This document shows positions 47,154-57,512 of a stretch of 64,000 bases of DNA, piece by piece. Numbering within the stretch: position 1 is the first letter of the stretch; every line of letters starts with the position of its first letter. The stretch lies in IMG/VR virus record IMGVR_UViG_3300049215_000844; one strand, 5' to 3'. Origin of the DNA: an uncultured virus (IMG/VR IMGVR_UViG_3300049215_000844). Its lineage: Duplodnaviria; Heunggongvirae; Uroviricota; Caudoviricetes. A model generated the notes under the pieces. It ran no database searches. It worked only from the letters and a program-made list of their open reading frames with translations, and was not told the origin of the DNA. Both the position numbers and the translations under genes were made by a program.

Positions 47154-49046
47154 ATGGCAGAAGAAGAACAAAAAAAGCCGGACGATTTCGACGACTTCGC
47201 GCGCGATGCCGAGGACCCCTCGCCGCGCGACGACGGCGAGCCCGGGCCGCCCGACCGCTGGGAGATGCCGACCTGGTACAGCCGCGCCGACGGCGACTGG
47301 TGGGCGCTGATCGACGGCGTCTGGAAGCGCGACCCCTGTCCAGTGCGGCCACTCGGCAGCGTCGAGGGCCAGTACGTCTTCATCACCTCGTTCGGCGAGA
47401 TCCGCCGTTTCACCTCGGGCCAGCTGCACGGCCGCGGCGGCCTCGCCGACCTGTTCGGCGGCTCGGGCTGGTGGCAGGCGCGCCACTTCCGCAAGTTCAA
47501 CCGCGAGGACCGCGTGCTGACCGGCAGCGTGCAGGAGAAGTACTGCGCCGGCCGCCTGATCCGCTGGTGCCTCGAGGTCGGCGGCTACTACGACGAATCG
47601 CGGCCAGCGCACTCTATCGGCACGTGGCGCGACCAGGACGGCCGCCCGATCGTCCATGCCGGCGACCGCATCCTGCATGACGGGCGGGTGCACGATCCCG
47701 GCGCGCGCATCGACGACATCGTGTTCGTGATCGGGCCGCGGCGCGAGGCGCCGGCGCACGTCGTGAACGAGCGCGGCCTGGTGGAATGGCAGCCCGCGCC
47801 GCCGGCGGCAGGCCACATCGTCGGCGCCCATCTCGACCAATGGGCCTGGCTCAACGCCGAGTCGCGCGACCTGTTCCAAGGCTCGCTCCACTGCAACATG
47901 CTGGGCTCTTGGCTCTCCTGGTTGCCGCACATCTTCGTCGAGGCGCCCTACGGCTCAGGCAAGACGCTGCTGCTGCGCTACGCCCGCACCGTGCTGGGCG
48001 GCGCGAGCCACGATATCCAGCGCAACTACACGCGCGCGCACTTCGAGCAGAATTTCGAGGGCACGGCGATGTGCTTCCCGGTCGACGAGACTGAGAACGA
48101 CAGCGAGCCCGATCGCATTCGCAAGATCATCGAGTTCGTGCGCCTGTTGAGCGACGATGGCGCGACCGGCGGCCGCGGCACGTCGTCAGGCAAGGGACGG
48201 CGCATGGACGTGCACGGCGCCATGCTGATGGCGGCCACCATGACCGAAGAGTGGCTGCCGCAGGATCGCAGCCGCATCAGCCTGCTCGAGATCCTGTCGT
48301 TTCGCGATCGCAAGGAACGGCCCCCCGCACCCCCGGAGGAGATCGCGGCGATGTTCAAGGCGGCGGCCGAGATGTCGGTAGCGCTCCGGGCGCGCGCGCT
48401 CGCCACCACCGAGCTCTTTTCCAAGAACCTGCGGGTGGCGCGCGAGGCTATCCTGCGCCTGGGCGGCCTGCCGCGCGATGCCGACCAGCTCGGCCATCTC
48501 ATCGCTGGCTGGCGCACCATGACCAGCGACATCCCCTTCGACCCCGAGATTCATGAGGACTTCACGCGTTTCCGGCCGTTCATCGTTTCGCTGCAGCAGG
48601 CCGAGGACGGTGAGGACGAGCCGAACGAATTGTTGAACAGGTTGTTCGGCTCGGCACCGAGCGGCCTGTGGAAAGGCGGCGCGCATCCCACGATCGGCGA
48701 GATGGTGGCCCGCGCGCGCGATCCCGAAACCGGCGGCGAATGGCGCGCCGCGCTGCCGCGTTACGGGCTGCGGCTGGAGCGGCGCGGGAACGAGAGCTTC
48801 AGCGAGGCCTGGCTGCTGATTGCCCACCAGCATGAGGGCCTTGACGATCTCTTCAAGGGCAAGCCGCGCTACCAGGGCAAGAAGCGCGCGACAATCCTCA
48901 AGCAGCTCTGCACCGTCGACAGCCGCGGCGTTGAGTGGCGCGCCAAGCCGAGCGAGGGCGAGTCGACGCGGCTGCGCTTCGCTGGCCAGCAGTCGCGCTA
49001 CCTGATGATCCCGCCGGTCTTCCTGCCCGACATCGAGAAGGACTGA
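47154..49046 (+). CDS. Putative replicative helicase / primase-associated NTPase
   Basis: APYGSGKT Walker A, VDETE Walker B; in the replication module. Confidence 0.7.
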   Translation: MAEEEQKKPDDFDDFARDAEDPSPRDDGEPGPPDRWEMPTWYSRADGDWWALIDGVWKRDPCPVRPLGSVEGQYVFITSFGEIRRFTSGQLHGRGGLADLFGGSGWWQARHFRKFNREDRVLTGSVQEKYCAGRLIRWCLEVGGYYDESRPAHSIGTWRDQDGRPIVHAGDRILHDGRVHDPGARIDDIVFVIGPRREAPAHVVNERGLVEWQPAPPAAGHIVGAHLDQWAWLNAESRDLFQGSLHCNMLGSWLSWLPHIFVEAPYGSGKTLLLRYARTVLGGASHDIQRNYTRAHFEQNFEGTAMCFPVDETENDSEPDRIRKIIEFVRLLSDDGATGGRGTSSGKGRRMDVHGAMLMAATMTEEWLPQDRSRISLLEILSFRDRKERPPAPPEEIAAMFKAAAEMSVALRARALATTELFSKNLRVAREAILRLGGLPRDADQLGHLIAGWRTMTSDIPFDPEIHEDFTRFRPFIVSLQQAEDGEDEPNELLNRLFGSAPSGLWKGGAHPTIGEMVARARDPETGGEWRAALPRYGLRLERRGNESFSEAWLLIAHQHEGLDDLFKGKPRYQGKKRATILKQLCTVDSRGVEWRAKPSEGESTRLRFAGQQSRYLMIPPVFLPDIEKD

Positions 49047-49052
49047 CGAAAA

Positions 49053-49306
49053 TGTCCCGGCCGAGTCCCACAGGTGTCCCGCCCTTTGTCCCGCCCGAAA
49101 GCGCCGATGGCATCGGCATCCGAGGGCAAAACGGGACAACGGGACGCGAAAACAGAGGGGAGCCGTGCGCGCGCGTGCGCGCGCACGTGAGAAGGCTCTC
49201 TTTTTTCTGTCCCATCGTCCCATTTCTTCTTTCAGTGAGGAAAATCAAATGACTAAGGCGGGACAAACGGGTGGGACGGAGGTGGGACGCGATTTTGAAG
49301 CGTCCC
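49053..49306. promoter_or_regulatory. Candidate phage replication origin (GTCCC/GGGAC iterons)
   Basis: About 12 GTCCC/GGGAC copies in alternating blocks around a T-rich tract. Confidence 0.55.
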
Positions 49307-49905
49307 ATCTGGTCGAAGCGCCCACCAAGCCGTGGGTGCCGCGTTCCGACGGCATGACGGCGGTGTTGGTGACCGAGCGCAGCACGGTGTTCGACCGCAA
49401 GGCCGAAATGCCGGTTGACGGCGAGCCTGTGGTTGGCGCCCTGGGCCCAATGCCCACGGAATGGACACAAACGATGGTGGGCTGTCGGCTTCAGCACGTT
49501 CACACGCTTATGAGAAACAAGCTTCCTTGGCCGAAAATCCCGGCGCAATACCGCTCGTTTCTTGGAGAGATGCAGCCGCAGGAGGCGAGCCATGGCCGAT
49601 CGCGAGGCCTCACCACCGAGGAGGAATTGCGCATTGACTGGACGATGTCTCAGATTTTCACCTTCGACGCTGTTAACCGAGCAGTCCTGATGGGCGTGAT
49701 GGCTGGTCACTCGTTCGAGACGATCTCAGAGGTGACAATGGGCATTGAACGCCGCATCGGGGGCAAAGGCCTTAGCCGTTCAGCAGTGTTCAAGCGCTAT
49801 CGGCGAGTGACCGAGGCGCTCGCCGCACACTGGAACAGGCTCGGCGTCCCGATCGATGCTGGGGCTCAAGAGATATGGCTGAGTGCGTCGGCAAAGAAAA
49901 TTTAA
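49249..49905 (+). CDS. Putative late-gene regulator
   Basis: Last gene before the packaging region; C-terminal sigma-4-like HTH (SFETIS..LSRSAVFKRY). Confidence 0.5.
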   Translation: MTKAGQTGGTEVGRDFEASHLVEAPTKPWVPRSDGMTAVLVTERSTVFDRKAEMPVDGEPVVGALGPMPTEWTQTMVGCRLQHVHTLMRNKLPWPKIPAQYRSFLGEMQPQEASHGRSRGLTTEEELRIDWTMSQIFTFDAVNRAVLMGVMAGHSFETISEVTMGIERRIGGKGLSRSAVFKRYRRVTEALAAHWNRLGVPIDAGAQEIWLSASAKKI

Positions 49906-50007
49906 ATACCGGTAGACGCAGGAAACAGTTTTGAGGTAGTTTTTTGCTATCGTCGGCGCACATGCGTTAGGCGACCTTCCCAGACAATCTGACGGCCGGT
50001 TCGAGCG

Positions 50008-50595
50008 ATGAAGGTGCGTGTTCACACCGATGTCGATCGCTACACCGCTTGGCTGGGCGATGCCGAGAAACGGCAGGTGCCCTTTGCCCTGGCGCGGGCG
50101 TTGACCATGACGGCACGTGATGCCCAGGTCGACTACCGGGGCGAATTGCCGAAGCGCTTCACTCTCCGCAACAGCTGGACGTCACGCGGCATCCGCATCA
50201 CGCCAGCCACGAAGGCCAACCCGGAAGCGGTGGTGGGCTCGCTCGAGCCGTATATGGCCCGGCAGGAAGACGGCGGTACGAAAACGCCGAAGACCGCCCA
50301 TCGTGTCGCCGTCCCGAAGGTCAAGCCCAGCCGCATCATTCCGAAGAGCAAGCGCCCGCGCGCGCTGCTCGGCAAGCCTGGGGTCTTCGAGGTGACGACC
50401 GGCCGCTACGCCGGTGCGATCATGCAGCGCGATGGCAGGGCACGCACGCCCGTCACCATCCTCTATTGGCTGCGCCGCGGTGTGAACGTGAGGCCGCGTG
50501 CCGGCTTTGGCGCGACGACCGTCAAGAGTGTTGGTGAACACTTCGCGCCGAACATGGTGGAGGCTTTGAGCTCGGCCCTCGGTCATCGAGGTTGA
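50008..50595 (+). CDS. Phage protein of minor tail/neck type
   Basis: RQVPFALARALTMTARDAQ..FTLR..YMARQEDGG. Confidence 0.6.
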   Translation: MKVRVHTDVDRYTAWLGDAEKRQVPFALARALTMTARDAQVDYRGELPKRFTLRNSWTSRGIRITPATKANPEAVVGSLEPYMARQEDGGTKTPKTAHRVAVPKVKPSRIIPKSKRPRALLGKPGVFEVTTGRYAGAIMQRDGRARTPVTILYWLRRGVNVRPRAGFGATTVKSVGEHFAPNMVEALSSALGHRG

Positions 50596-50606
50596 TCGGC
50601 ACGTCG

Positions 50607-50740
50607 CGCGGGTCCTTCCTGCGGGGGGTGCCCACAACGGGTAACGCGCACCCTTGTTCATCGCTAGTAACCATCTGAAAAATTTGATGAAACGATCCTG
50701 TTTCCCGACGTTGGAAACGGAAACGTTTCGCGGAAACTCC
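50607..50740 (+). other. Lambda-like cos region
   Basis: cosQ-like GGGTCCT at 50610-50616, then GGAAAC/GTTTC repeats; upstream of a GpA-type terminase. Confidence 0.55.
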
Positions 50741-50877
50741 CGCAGGAAAGAGGCGGGAGCCGCAGCGCTGCAACGCTGCAAGCCGCGTGGAGTTAGCACG
50801 CACGACCGACACCGGCCGGTTATCGGCCGCCCCGCCACCCGTACACGGGCGGGAGAAGTTCCCACGGTCCGTGCGTC

Positions 50878-52128
50878 ATGGAAAGCGCCAGGCTTCGGCC
50901 GCCGTTCAGGACGGCACGCCTGCACCCGCGTCGGCAGATCGAGCGCATCGCGCGGTCTATCGAACGCTTCGGCTTCCTGGCGCCGATCGTGGTCAGTGCC
51001 GACGGCGAGATCATCGCCGGCGAGGCACGCTGGCTCGCCGCGCAGCAGCTCGGCCTGGTCGACGTGCCGGTGGTCGTCGCCGACCACCTGACACCTCGCC
51101 AGATCGAAGCCTACCGCATCGCCGACAACCGCTTGGCTGAAGACGGCGAGTGGGACGAGGCGATCCTGGCCGCAGTCTACCGCGACCTCGAGCTCGAGCT
51201 CGCGCCCGAGGACATCCGGGCGATCGGCTTCACGGCCACCGAGATCGACAACCTGCTTGCCTTCGGGTTGCCCGACCCTGCGGCGAATGAGGACCGCAAC
51301 CAGGTCGCCAAACCGCCGCCGGTCACGCGGTCCGGAGATCTCTGGCTGCTCGGCGCGCATCGCCTGCGTTGCGGCAGCTCGACCGACCGCGACGACGTCG
51401 AGCGGCTGCTCGCGGGCCGCCGGCCGCACCTGATGGTCACCGACCCGCCCTACGGCGTCGAATATGACCCCTCGTTCCGCAACGAGACGATCAACCGCGG
51501 CAAGGAATCGGCCCGCGTCGGTGAGGTCCTCAACGACGACCGCGCCGACTGGCGCGAGGCCTGGGAGCTTTTTCCGGGCGACGTCGCGTACATCTGGCAC
51601 GCGGCGACCAAGGCCTTCGAGGTCGAGGCCTCGCTGCGCGCCTCCGGCTTCGAGACGCGCGCCGTCATCATCTGGGCCAAGCCCAACTTCGCGATCGGCC
51701 GCGGCCACTACCACTGGCAGCACGAGCCGGCGCTCTACGCGGTGCGCAAGGGCGGCACGGGCCACTGGCAGGGCGCCCGCGACCAGGCGACGGTATGGAA
51801 CATTGTGCCGAGCGGCCTCGAGGACCTCGCGACTGTGCACGGCACGCAGAAGCCGGTCGAGTGCATGCGCCGGCCGATGCTCAACAATTCAGGTCGCGGC
51901 GAGCTGGTCTACGAGCCGTTCGGCGGTTCGGGTTCCAGCATCATCGCCGCCGAGACTGTCGAGCGCCGCTGCTGCGCCATGGAACTCAGCGAGGAATACT
52001 GCGACGTGATCGTGCGCCGATGGCAGGCCTTTACCGGCCGCGACGCGACGCTCGAGGCGAGCGGCGAGACCTTCAACCAGGTAGCCTCATGGCGTTCGTC
52101 GGCATTTCCGAGCTCGCCCGCCAGCTGA
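50878..52128 (+). CDS. ParB-N domain fused to an N6/N4 DNA methyltransferase
   Basis: SIERFGF..IIAG..ADNRLAE; TDPPY, HGTQKPV, EPFGGSGS. Confidence 0.9.
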   Translation: MESARLRPPFRTARLHPRRQIERIARSIERFGFLAPIVVSADGEIIAGEARWLAAQQLGLVDVPVVVADHLTPRQIEAYRIADNRLAEDGEWDEAILAAVYRDLELELAPEDIRAIGFTATEIDNLLAFGLPDPAANEDRNQVAKPPPVTRSGDLWLLGAHRLRCGSSTDRDDVERLLAGRRPHLMVTDPPYGVEYDPSFRNETINRGKESARVGEVLNDDRADWREAWELFPGDVAYIWHAATKAFEVEASLRASGFETRAVIIWAKPNFAIGRGHYHWQHEPALYAVRKGGTGHWQGARDQATVWNIVPSGLEDLATVHGTQKPVECMRRPMLNNSGRGELVYEPFGGSGSSIIAAETVERRCCAMELSEEYCDVIVRRWQAFTGRDATLEASGETFNQVASWRSSAFPSSPAS

Positions 52129-52748
52129 AGGTCGGCAAGGGCACGCTGAGCAAGCAGGCGGCGGCGGGAAAGCTCCCGATCGCCGACCGCGACGGCAACG
52201 GCCATCCGCTGTTCGACATCGAGGCCGTGCGCCAGGCACGCGAGCAGAATCTGAACCCGCTGATGAAGCGGACCAAGGAAATAACCCCGCCCGCCGCCGG
52301 GGCCGACGATGTGATGGTCGGGCCCGGCACTGCAGGGGACGGTCTCCCCGAACGCCGTTCGGTGGGTCCGCGCCCGCCCTCGGCGCTGGTCGAGCAGCAG
52401 AAACTCGAGAAGCAACTCAAGAACCGGCGCCTGTTCCGCCAGATCGGCGAGGACGAGGGCCTGTTCATCCTCCGCCGCGAGGCCGAGGAAACCAGCACCA
52501 CCATGGCGCGGCAGACCCGCGACGGCGTGACCGCCCAGCTCGCTGACTTCGCCAGCAAGCTTTACGCCTTCGTCGGCCAGCAGGCGCGCAGCGAGGCCGA
52601 GCTCAGGGTGTGGCTCGCCGAGCACGCCGGCGCCGCCTTCGATGAAGTCGAGAAGGCGATCGCGACCGAACAGGGCGATGAGTTTGACAATGATGGAAGC
52701 GAGTCACCCGACACCGGCGTCGAGCCTGGCACGGCTGCGGCCGCCTGA
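52089..52748 (+). CDS. Terminase small subunit (Nu1-like)
   Basis: N-terminal HTH (ISELARQLKVGKGTLSK), coiled-coil; overlaps terL. Confidence 0.75.
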   Translation: MAFVGISELARQLKVGKGTLSKQAAAGKLPIADRDGNGHPLFDIEAVRQAREQNLNPLMKRTKEITPPAAGADDVMVGPGTAGDGLPERRSVGPRPPSALVEQQKLEKQLKNRRLFRQIGEDEGLFILRREAEETSTTMARQTRDGVTAQLADFASKLYAFVGQQARSEAELRVWLAEHAGAAFDEVEKAIATEQGDEFDNDGSESPDTGVEPGTAAAA

Positions 52749-54735
52749 GCTGCGCAAGCTGCTGCCGGGATTGAGCTCGGCGCGCGTCACGGTGCGCAAC
52801 GCCTGGCGCCGCGGCCTGCGCCGCGATGCGCCGGCCAAGCCCTCGGAATGGGCCGAGAAGTATCGCGTCGTGGCCGAGGGCACCTCGAACCATCCCGGCA
52901 AGTGGCACAACAGCCGCACGCCGTTCCTGGTCGAAATTATGGACTGCATGGCGCCGACCCACTGGGCGCGACGCGTCACGTTCATGAAGAGCGCGCAGGT
53001 CTCGGGTTCGGAGGGCATCTCCAACATCCTGTGCTGGATCATCGACCAGGCGCCGGGCCCGGTGCTGGTCGTGCATCCGACGATCGAGGCCGCGCGCGAC
53101 TGGACGGTCGAGAAGTTCGAGCCGACGATCGAGGCGACGAAGCGAATCGGCCGCAAGATCCGCAACGTCGTCATCCGCGGGCGCGACGGCAGCACGCTGA
53201 AGCGCAAGCTCTTTCCGGGCGGCTCGGTCGTTCTTACCGGCGCCAATTCAGCGGCCGGCCTGCGCCAGAAGTCTGTGAAGACCGTCATCCTCGACGACAT
53301 GGACGAATTCCCGTCCGACGTCGGCGGCCAGGGCGATCCGGTGCGCATGGCGCGCGCGCGCAAGACCAGCTTCGAACGCTCCGGCCAGGACAAGGAGCTC
53401 GATGTCTCGACGCCGACCGTCAAATCGGTATCGCGCATCGCCAAGCAGTACGAAGCCGGCACGCAGGGCCGCTGGCACGTGCCGTGTCCTCACTGCGGCA
53501 GCGAGCAGGTCCTGAAGTGGGGTGGCAAGGACAAGCCCTTCGGCATCAAGTTCAACCCGGTCCCGCCGTACCACGCCCACTATGTCTGCGAGGCGAACGG
53601 CTGCGTCATCGAACATTGGCAGCTCGACGGCATGAACGCCCGCGGCCGCTGGATTCATGCCATGCCGTTGCCCGGCCGCGAGCCGAGCTATCACATCAGC
53701 GCGCTCAACAGCCCCTTCACCACCTGGGACCATATGGTCGGCAAGTGGATGGAGGCGCAGGGCAATCCGGCCGAGCTCAAGACCTTCATCAACCTCGAGC
53801 TCGGCGAACCGTGGGACGAGGCGGCCGATCGGCCGAAGGCGAAGGACCTGGTCGAGCGGCGCGAGACCTGGGAGCAGGGGACGTGCCCGGCCGGTGTGCT
53901 GATCTCCACGCTCGGCGCCGACGTCCAGGGCGACGGCATCTGGTACACGATCGTCGGATGGGGTCGCGACCGTCAGTCGTGGAACCTCGAGAAGGGGTTT
54001 CTCGCCGGCGATCCCGGCACGCTCAGCGCCGAATGCTGGCTGCGCCTGGCCGAGATTCAGAAAAAGACTTTCCGCGACCCGCTCGGCGTCGAGCATCCGA
54101 TCGATGCGTTCGCCATCGATGCCAACTACCAGACCGACGTCGTCGCCGAATGGTGCAAGAAGGCGCCAGGCCGCTATCCGGTGCGTGGCGAGGAGGGCTG
54201 GAAGATGCCGGCGTGGCTCGGCCGGCCGAGCGCGCGCGAATATTCCGAGCGCGGCAAGGCGCGCCGCCGGGGGCCCAAGACCTTCCCGGTCGGCACCTGG
54301 ACGCTGAAGCAGCGCTTCTACGCCCAGCTCAAGCTCGTGAAGGCGCCCGACGCGGTCGAATATCCGGCGGCCTACTGTCACTTCAGCCAGGACTGGACCG
54401 AGGACGACTTCACCCAGCTGCTGTCGGAGATCTTCGTAACGCGCCGCGACCGCAAGACCGGCAAGGTCCGTTCGGGCTGGCACGTCGTCGAGGACGACAA
54501 CCATCTGCTCGATGCCCGCATCTACGCCGAGGCGATCGCCGAGAAGGAAGGCCTCAGCAAGAAATCACCGGCGGAATGGGACTGGCTCGAACGCTACTGG
54601 CTGCGCAAGGCCTCCGAGCAGCGCACGCTGTTCGATGTGCCCGAGCAGCCGGATCCGGCGCCACCGCCGGCGATGCCGCTCGACGCCCCGAACGCCGTTC
54701 GGCCGCCGCGTCCGGTGTTCCGCATCGACCTCTAG
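52690..54735 (+). CDS. Terminase large subunit, lambda GpA family
   Basis: KSAQVSGSE, GANS, STPT, VPCPHCG, TFINLELGEPW, GADVQ, NHLLDARIYA. Confidence 0.95.
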   Translation: MMEASHPTPASSLARLRPPELRKLLPGLSSARVTVRNAWRRGLRRDAPAKPSEWAEKYRVVAEGTSNHPGKWHNSRTPFLVEIMDCMAPTHWARRVTFMKSAQVSGSEGISNILCWIIDQAPGPVLVVHPTIEAARDWTVEKFEPTIEATKRIGRKIRNVVIRGRDGSTLKRKLFPGGSVVLTGANSAAGLRQKSVKTVILDDMDEFPSDVGGQGDPVRMARARKTSFERSGQDKELDVSTPTVKSVSRIAKQYEAGTQGRWHVPCPHCGSEQVLKWGGKDKPFGIKFNPVPPYHAHYVCEANGCVIEHWQLDGMNARGRWIHAMPLPGREPSYHISALNSPFTTWDHMVGKWMEAQGNPAELKTFINLELGEPWDEAADRPKAKDLVERRETWEQGTCPAGVLISTLGADVQGDGIWYTIVGWGRDRQSWNLEKGFLAGDPGTLSAECWLRLAEIQKKTFRDPLGVEHPIDAFAIDANYQTDVVAEWCKKAPGRYPVRGEEGWKMPAWLGRPSAREYSERGKARRRGPKTFPVGTWTLKQRFYAQLKLVKAPDAVEYPAAYCHFSQDWTEDDFTQLLSEIFVTRRDRKTGKVRSGWHVVEDDNHLLDARIYAEAIAEKEGLSKKSPAEWDWLERYWLRKASEQRTLFDVPEQPDPAPPPAMPLDAPNAVRPPRPVFRIDL

Positions 54736-54744
54736 GAGCGAAGC

Positions 54745-54966
54745 ATGGCGACGACCGACCAGCTCACCGCCTGGCTGGCCGAAGCCGAGCAGGCCCTGCA
54801 CGAGCTCAACATCGGCCGCCGGGCTGTGTCGATCTCGAGCTCGAGCGGCAAATCGGTGAGCTTCACCGCGGCCGACGTCGGCAAGCTGCAGACCTACATC
54901 GACTCGCTGCGGCGCCAGCTCGGTATCAAGCCGACGGTGCTGCCACTCAGGTTCAGGATCGGGTGA
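54745..54966 (+). CDS. Head-tail joining protein gpW-like
   Basis: AEQALHELNIG..V..SVSFT..LQTYI. Confidence 0.8.
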   Translation: MATTDQLTAWLAEAEQALHELNIGRRAVSISSSSGKSVSFTAADVGKLQTYIDSLRRQLGIKPTVLPLRFRIG

Positions 54967-54970
54967 GACA

Positions 54971-56605
54971 ATGGGCGTTCCTTCGCTTGTCGCACCCGAC
55001 GGCACGCCACTGCGCGCGGTCGCGCCGGGCCTCGGCCGCCGCGCCGAACACTTCCGGGCGATCCAGCCCGCCTTCCGCGGCGCCGATCCGATCAGCCAGG
55101 AGCTCGGTGGCTGGCATCCGTCGCTGACGTCGCCCGCCGGCGAGACGTGGGGCGAGCGCGACCCTCTGGTCGCCCGCATCCAGGACATCACGCGCAACAA
55201 CGGCTTCGCCGCCGGCGCGCAGCAGACGCTCGTCGACTCGGTGATCGGCGCCAAATGGCGCCTGAGCGCCCGGCCGAATTGGCGATCGCTGGGGATCGAC
55301 TTCAAGGCGGCGCGCGCCTGGGCGACGATGGTGGCCGCCAAGTGGCGATCCTATGCCGAGGACCCCGGCTGCTGGATCGACGCCGAGCGACGCCAGCGCT
55401 TCGGCGGCCTGCTGGCGACGCAATTCAACACCTGGTTCCTCGCGGGCGAGCATCTGTCGATCGGCAAGTGGATCCCCGAGCGAATCGGCCCGGGCCGCGC
55501 GCGCTACGCCACCGCGGTGCAGCTGATCGACCCGGACCGCCTCAGCAACCCCTACATGGGGCCCGAGCTGCCGAACCGGCGCCAGGGCGTCGAGCTCGCC
55601 GAGTTCGGCGAGCCCGTCGGCTACCATATCCGCGATGCCCATCCGGGCGACTGGCCGCTCGCCGCGGCGTCGGTCACCTGGTCGTACATCCCCCGCGAGA
55701 CGGCATGGGGCCGTCCGGTCGGCATTCACGGCTTCGAGGTCAAGCGCGCCGGCCAGGTGCGCGGCAAACCCATGGCGGCGTCGATCGTCGAGGCGCTCCG
55801 CCTGCAGGACGTCGTGGAGCGTGGCACCGCGGCGCAATCGGTGCTGAACGCGCTCTACGCCACCACGCTCGAGACCGAGTATGGCGGCATGGATCCCGAG
55901 CTCGTCGAGCAGATCTTCGGCAAGGACCCGCAGACGCAGGCGATCCTGCCGCCCAACGTCGACATGACGTTCCGCGGCGTCAAGGTGCCGGTCATGCCGC
56001 CGGGCGTGCGGCTCAGTTTCAAGCAGCCGGCGAATCCGGCCGCCGCGCAGTTCGCGCAGTTCGAGGAATCGGTCCTGCGCCGCGTCGCGGCGGGCGTCGG
56101 GCTCAGCTACGAGCAGGTCAGCCGCGACTACACGCGCACGAATTACTCGAGCTCGCGCGCATCGTTCGCCGAAGCCTGGAAGTTCATGACTGGCCGCTCG
56201 TCCTTCATGGCGAACAGCTGCGCCGATATCTGGTACGCGATGTGGCTCGAGGAAGCGATCGACACCGGCGAGGTCGAGCTGCCCAAGGGCGCGCCCGATT
56301 TCTACGAGGCGCGCGCCGACTGGACTGCCTGCCGCTGGATCGGTCCGGGCAAGGGCTACGTCGACGAAAGCAAGGAAACCCAGGCTTCGGTCATGAAGGT
56401 CGATGCCAACCTGTCGACCCTCGAGGAAGAGGCGGCCGAGCAGGGCGGCGATTGGCTCGAGATCGCCGAGCAGCGTGCCTACGAGCATGGCGAGCTCAAG
56501 GAGCTCGGCCTCGAGAACGAGTCGGCCAAGGTCTATCTGGCCAACACGCAATCGATCACGAAGGAAGACCAAGGCCGCCAGCCGGCGCCGGCAGGGGGCG
56601 AATGA
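54971..56605 (+). CDS. Portal protein, lambda family
   Basis: RNNGFAAGA, LIDPDRLSNP, GQVRG, GLSYEQVSRDY..NYSSSR. Confidence 0.93.
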   Translation: MGVPSLVAPDGTPLRAVAPGLGRRAEHFRAIQPAFRGADPISQELGGWHPSLTSPAGETWGERDPLVARIQDITRNNGFAAGAQQTLVDSVIGAKWRLSARPNWRSLGIDFKAARAWATMVAAKWRSYAEDPGCWIDAERRQRFGGLLATQFNTWFLAGEHLSIGKWIPERIGPGRARYATAVQLIDPDRLSNPYMGPELPNRRQGVELAEFGEPVGYHIRDAHPGDWPLAAASVTWSYIPRETAWGRPVGIHGFEVKRAGQVRGKPMAASIVEALRLQDVVERGTAAQSVLNALYATTLETEYGGMDPELVEQIFGKDPQTQAILPPNVDMTFRGVKVPVMPPGVRLSFKQPANPAAAQFAQFEESVLRRVAAGVGLSYEQVSRDYTRTNYSSSRASFAEAWKFMTGRSSFMANSCADIWYAMWLEEAIDTGEVELPKGAPDFYEARADWTACRWIGPGKGYVDESKETQASVMKVDANLSTLEEEAAEQGGDWLEIAEQRAYEHGELKELGLENESAKVYLANTQSITKEDQGRQPAPAGGE

Positions 56606-57498
56606 TGCTCTATCCACACATTGCCGCGCGGGCTTTCATGAAGCCGCTGCTGCTCGAGCCGCGCGCCGGCCTGTCGTTTCTCACCACGCTGGCCGGCCTG
56701 CTGGCGCGTGCTGACTTGGCCGATCGGCGCCCGCGGCCGATGGCTTTCGACGATGACCGCGAGCCGCCGCCTCGCCTGGCCTCGCTGCCGCTCGGCTTGA
56801 CCAGGTGGGACGCCGGCAAGGCGTTTCCGCAGGTGGCCAACGTAGCGGTGATCGAGGTCGACGGCACGCTGGTGAACAAGAACGGCGCGCTGGGCCCTGA
56901 TTGCGGGATGACGGGCTACGACGGCATCCGCACGCAGTTCACCGCGGCATTGCAGGACCCAGCCGTGGCCGGCATCGCGTTCTACATCGAATCGCCTGGC
57001 GGCGAAGTGGCTGGCTGCTTCGACCTGGCCGAGTTCGTCCTCGAGGCACGCGGCACCAAGCCGGTGCTTGCTCTGGTCGACGGCATGGCCGCCTCGGCCG
57101 CCTATGCACTGGCTTCGGCCTGCGATCGCATCGCCTGCTCGTCGGTCGGCCTGGTCGGCTCGATCGGCGTGATCGTGGCGCACGCCGACTTCTCGAAAAT
57201 GCTCGAGAAGGACGGTGTCAACGTCAGCCTGATCTTCGCCGGCGCGCGCAAGGCGGACGGAAATCCCTTCAACCCGCTGCCGGCGGCGGTGCGCGCGTCC
57301 ATCCAGGCCGAGATCGACGCGGTGTGGGAGCAGTTCGCCGAGCTCGTCGCCCGCGGCCGCGGCCTGACCCCTCAGGCGGTGAAGAAGCTCGAGGCCGATT
57401 CCTTCCTCGCCGCCGAAGGGGCGAAGAAAGGCCTGGTCGACGTCGTCATGTCGCCGGCCGACGCACTGGCTCAGTTCATCAAAAACCTCTCGTCGTGA
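56602..57498 (+). CDS. S49 family head maturation protease (gpC-like)
   Basis: IESPGGEV, AASAAYALAS, VGSIGV, GARKADGNP. Confidence 0.92.
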   Translation: MMLYPHIAARAFMKPLLLEPRAGLSFLTTLAGLLARADLADRRPRPMAFDDDREPPPRLASLPLGLTRWDAGKAFPQVANVAVIEVDGTLVNKNGALGPDCGMTGYDGIRTQFTAALQDPAVAGIAFYIESPGGEVAGCFDLAEFVLEARGTKPVLALVDGMAASAAYALASACDRIACSSVGLVGSIGVIVAHADFSKMLEKDGVNVSLIFAGARKADGNPFNPLPAAVRASIQAEIDAVWEQFAELVARGRGLTPQAVKKLEADSFLAAEGAKKGLVDVVMSPADALAQFIKNLSS

Positions 57499-57512
57499 AT
57501 TGGAGGATTTCA

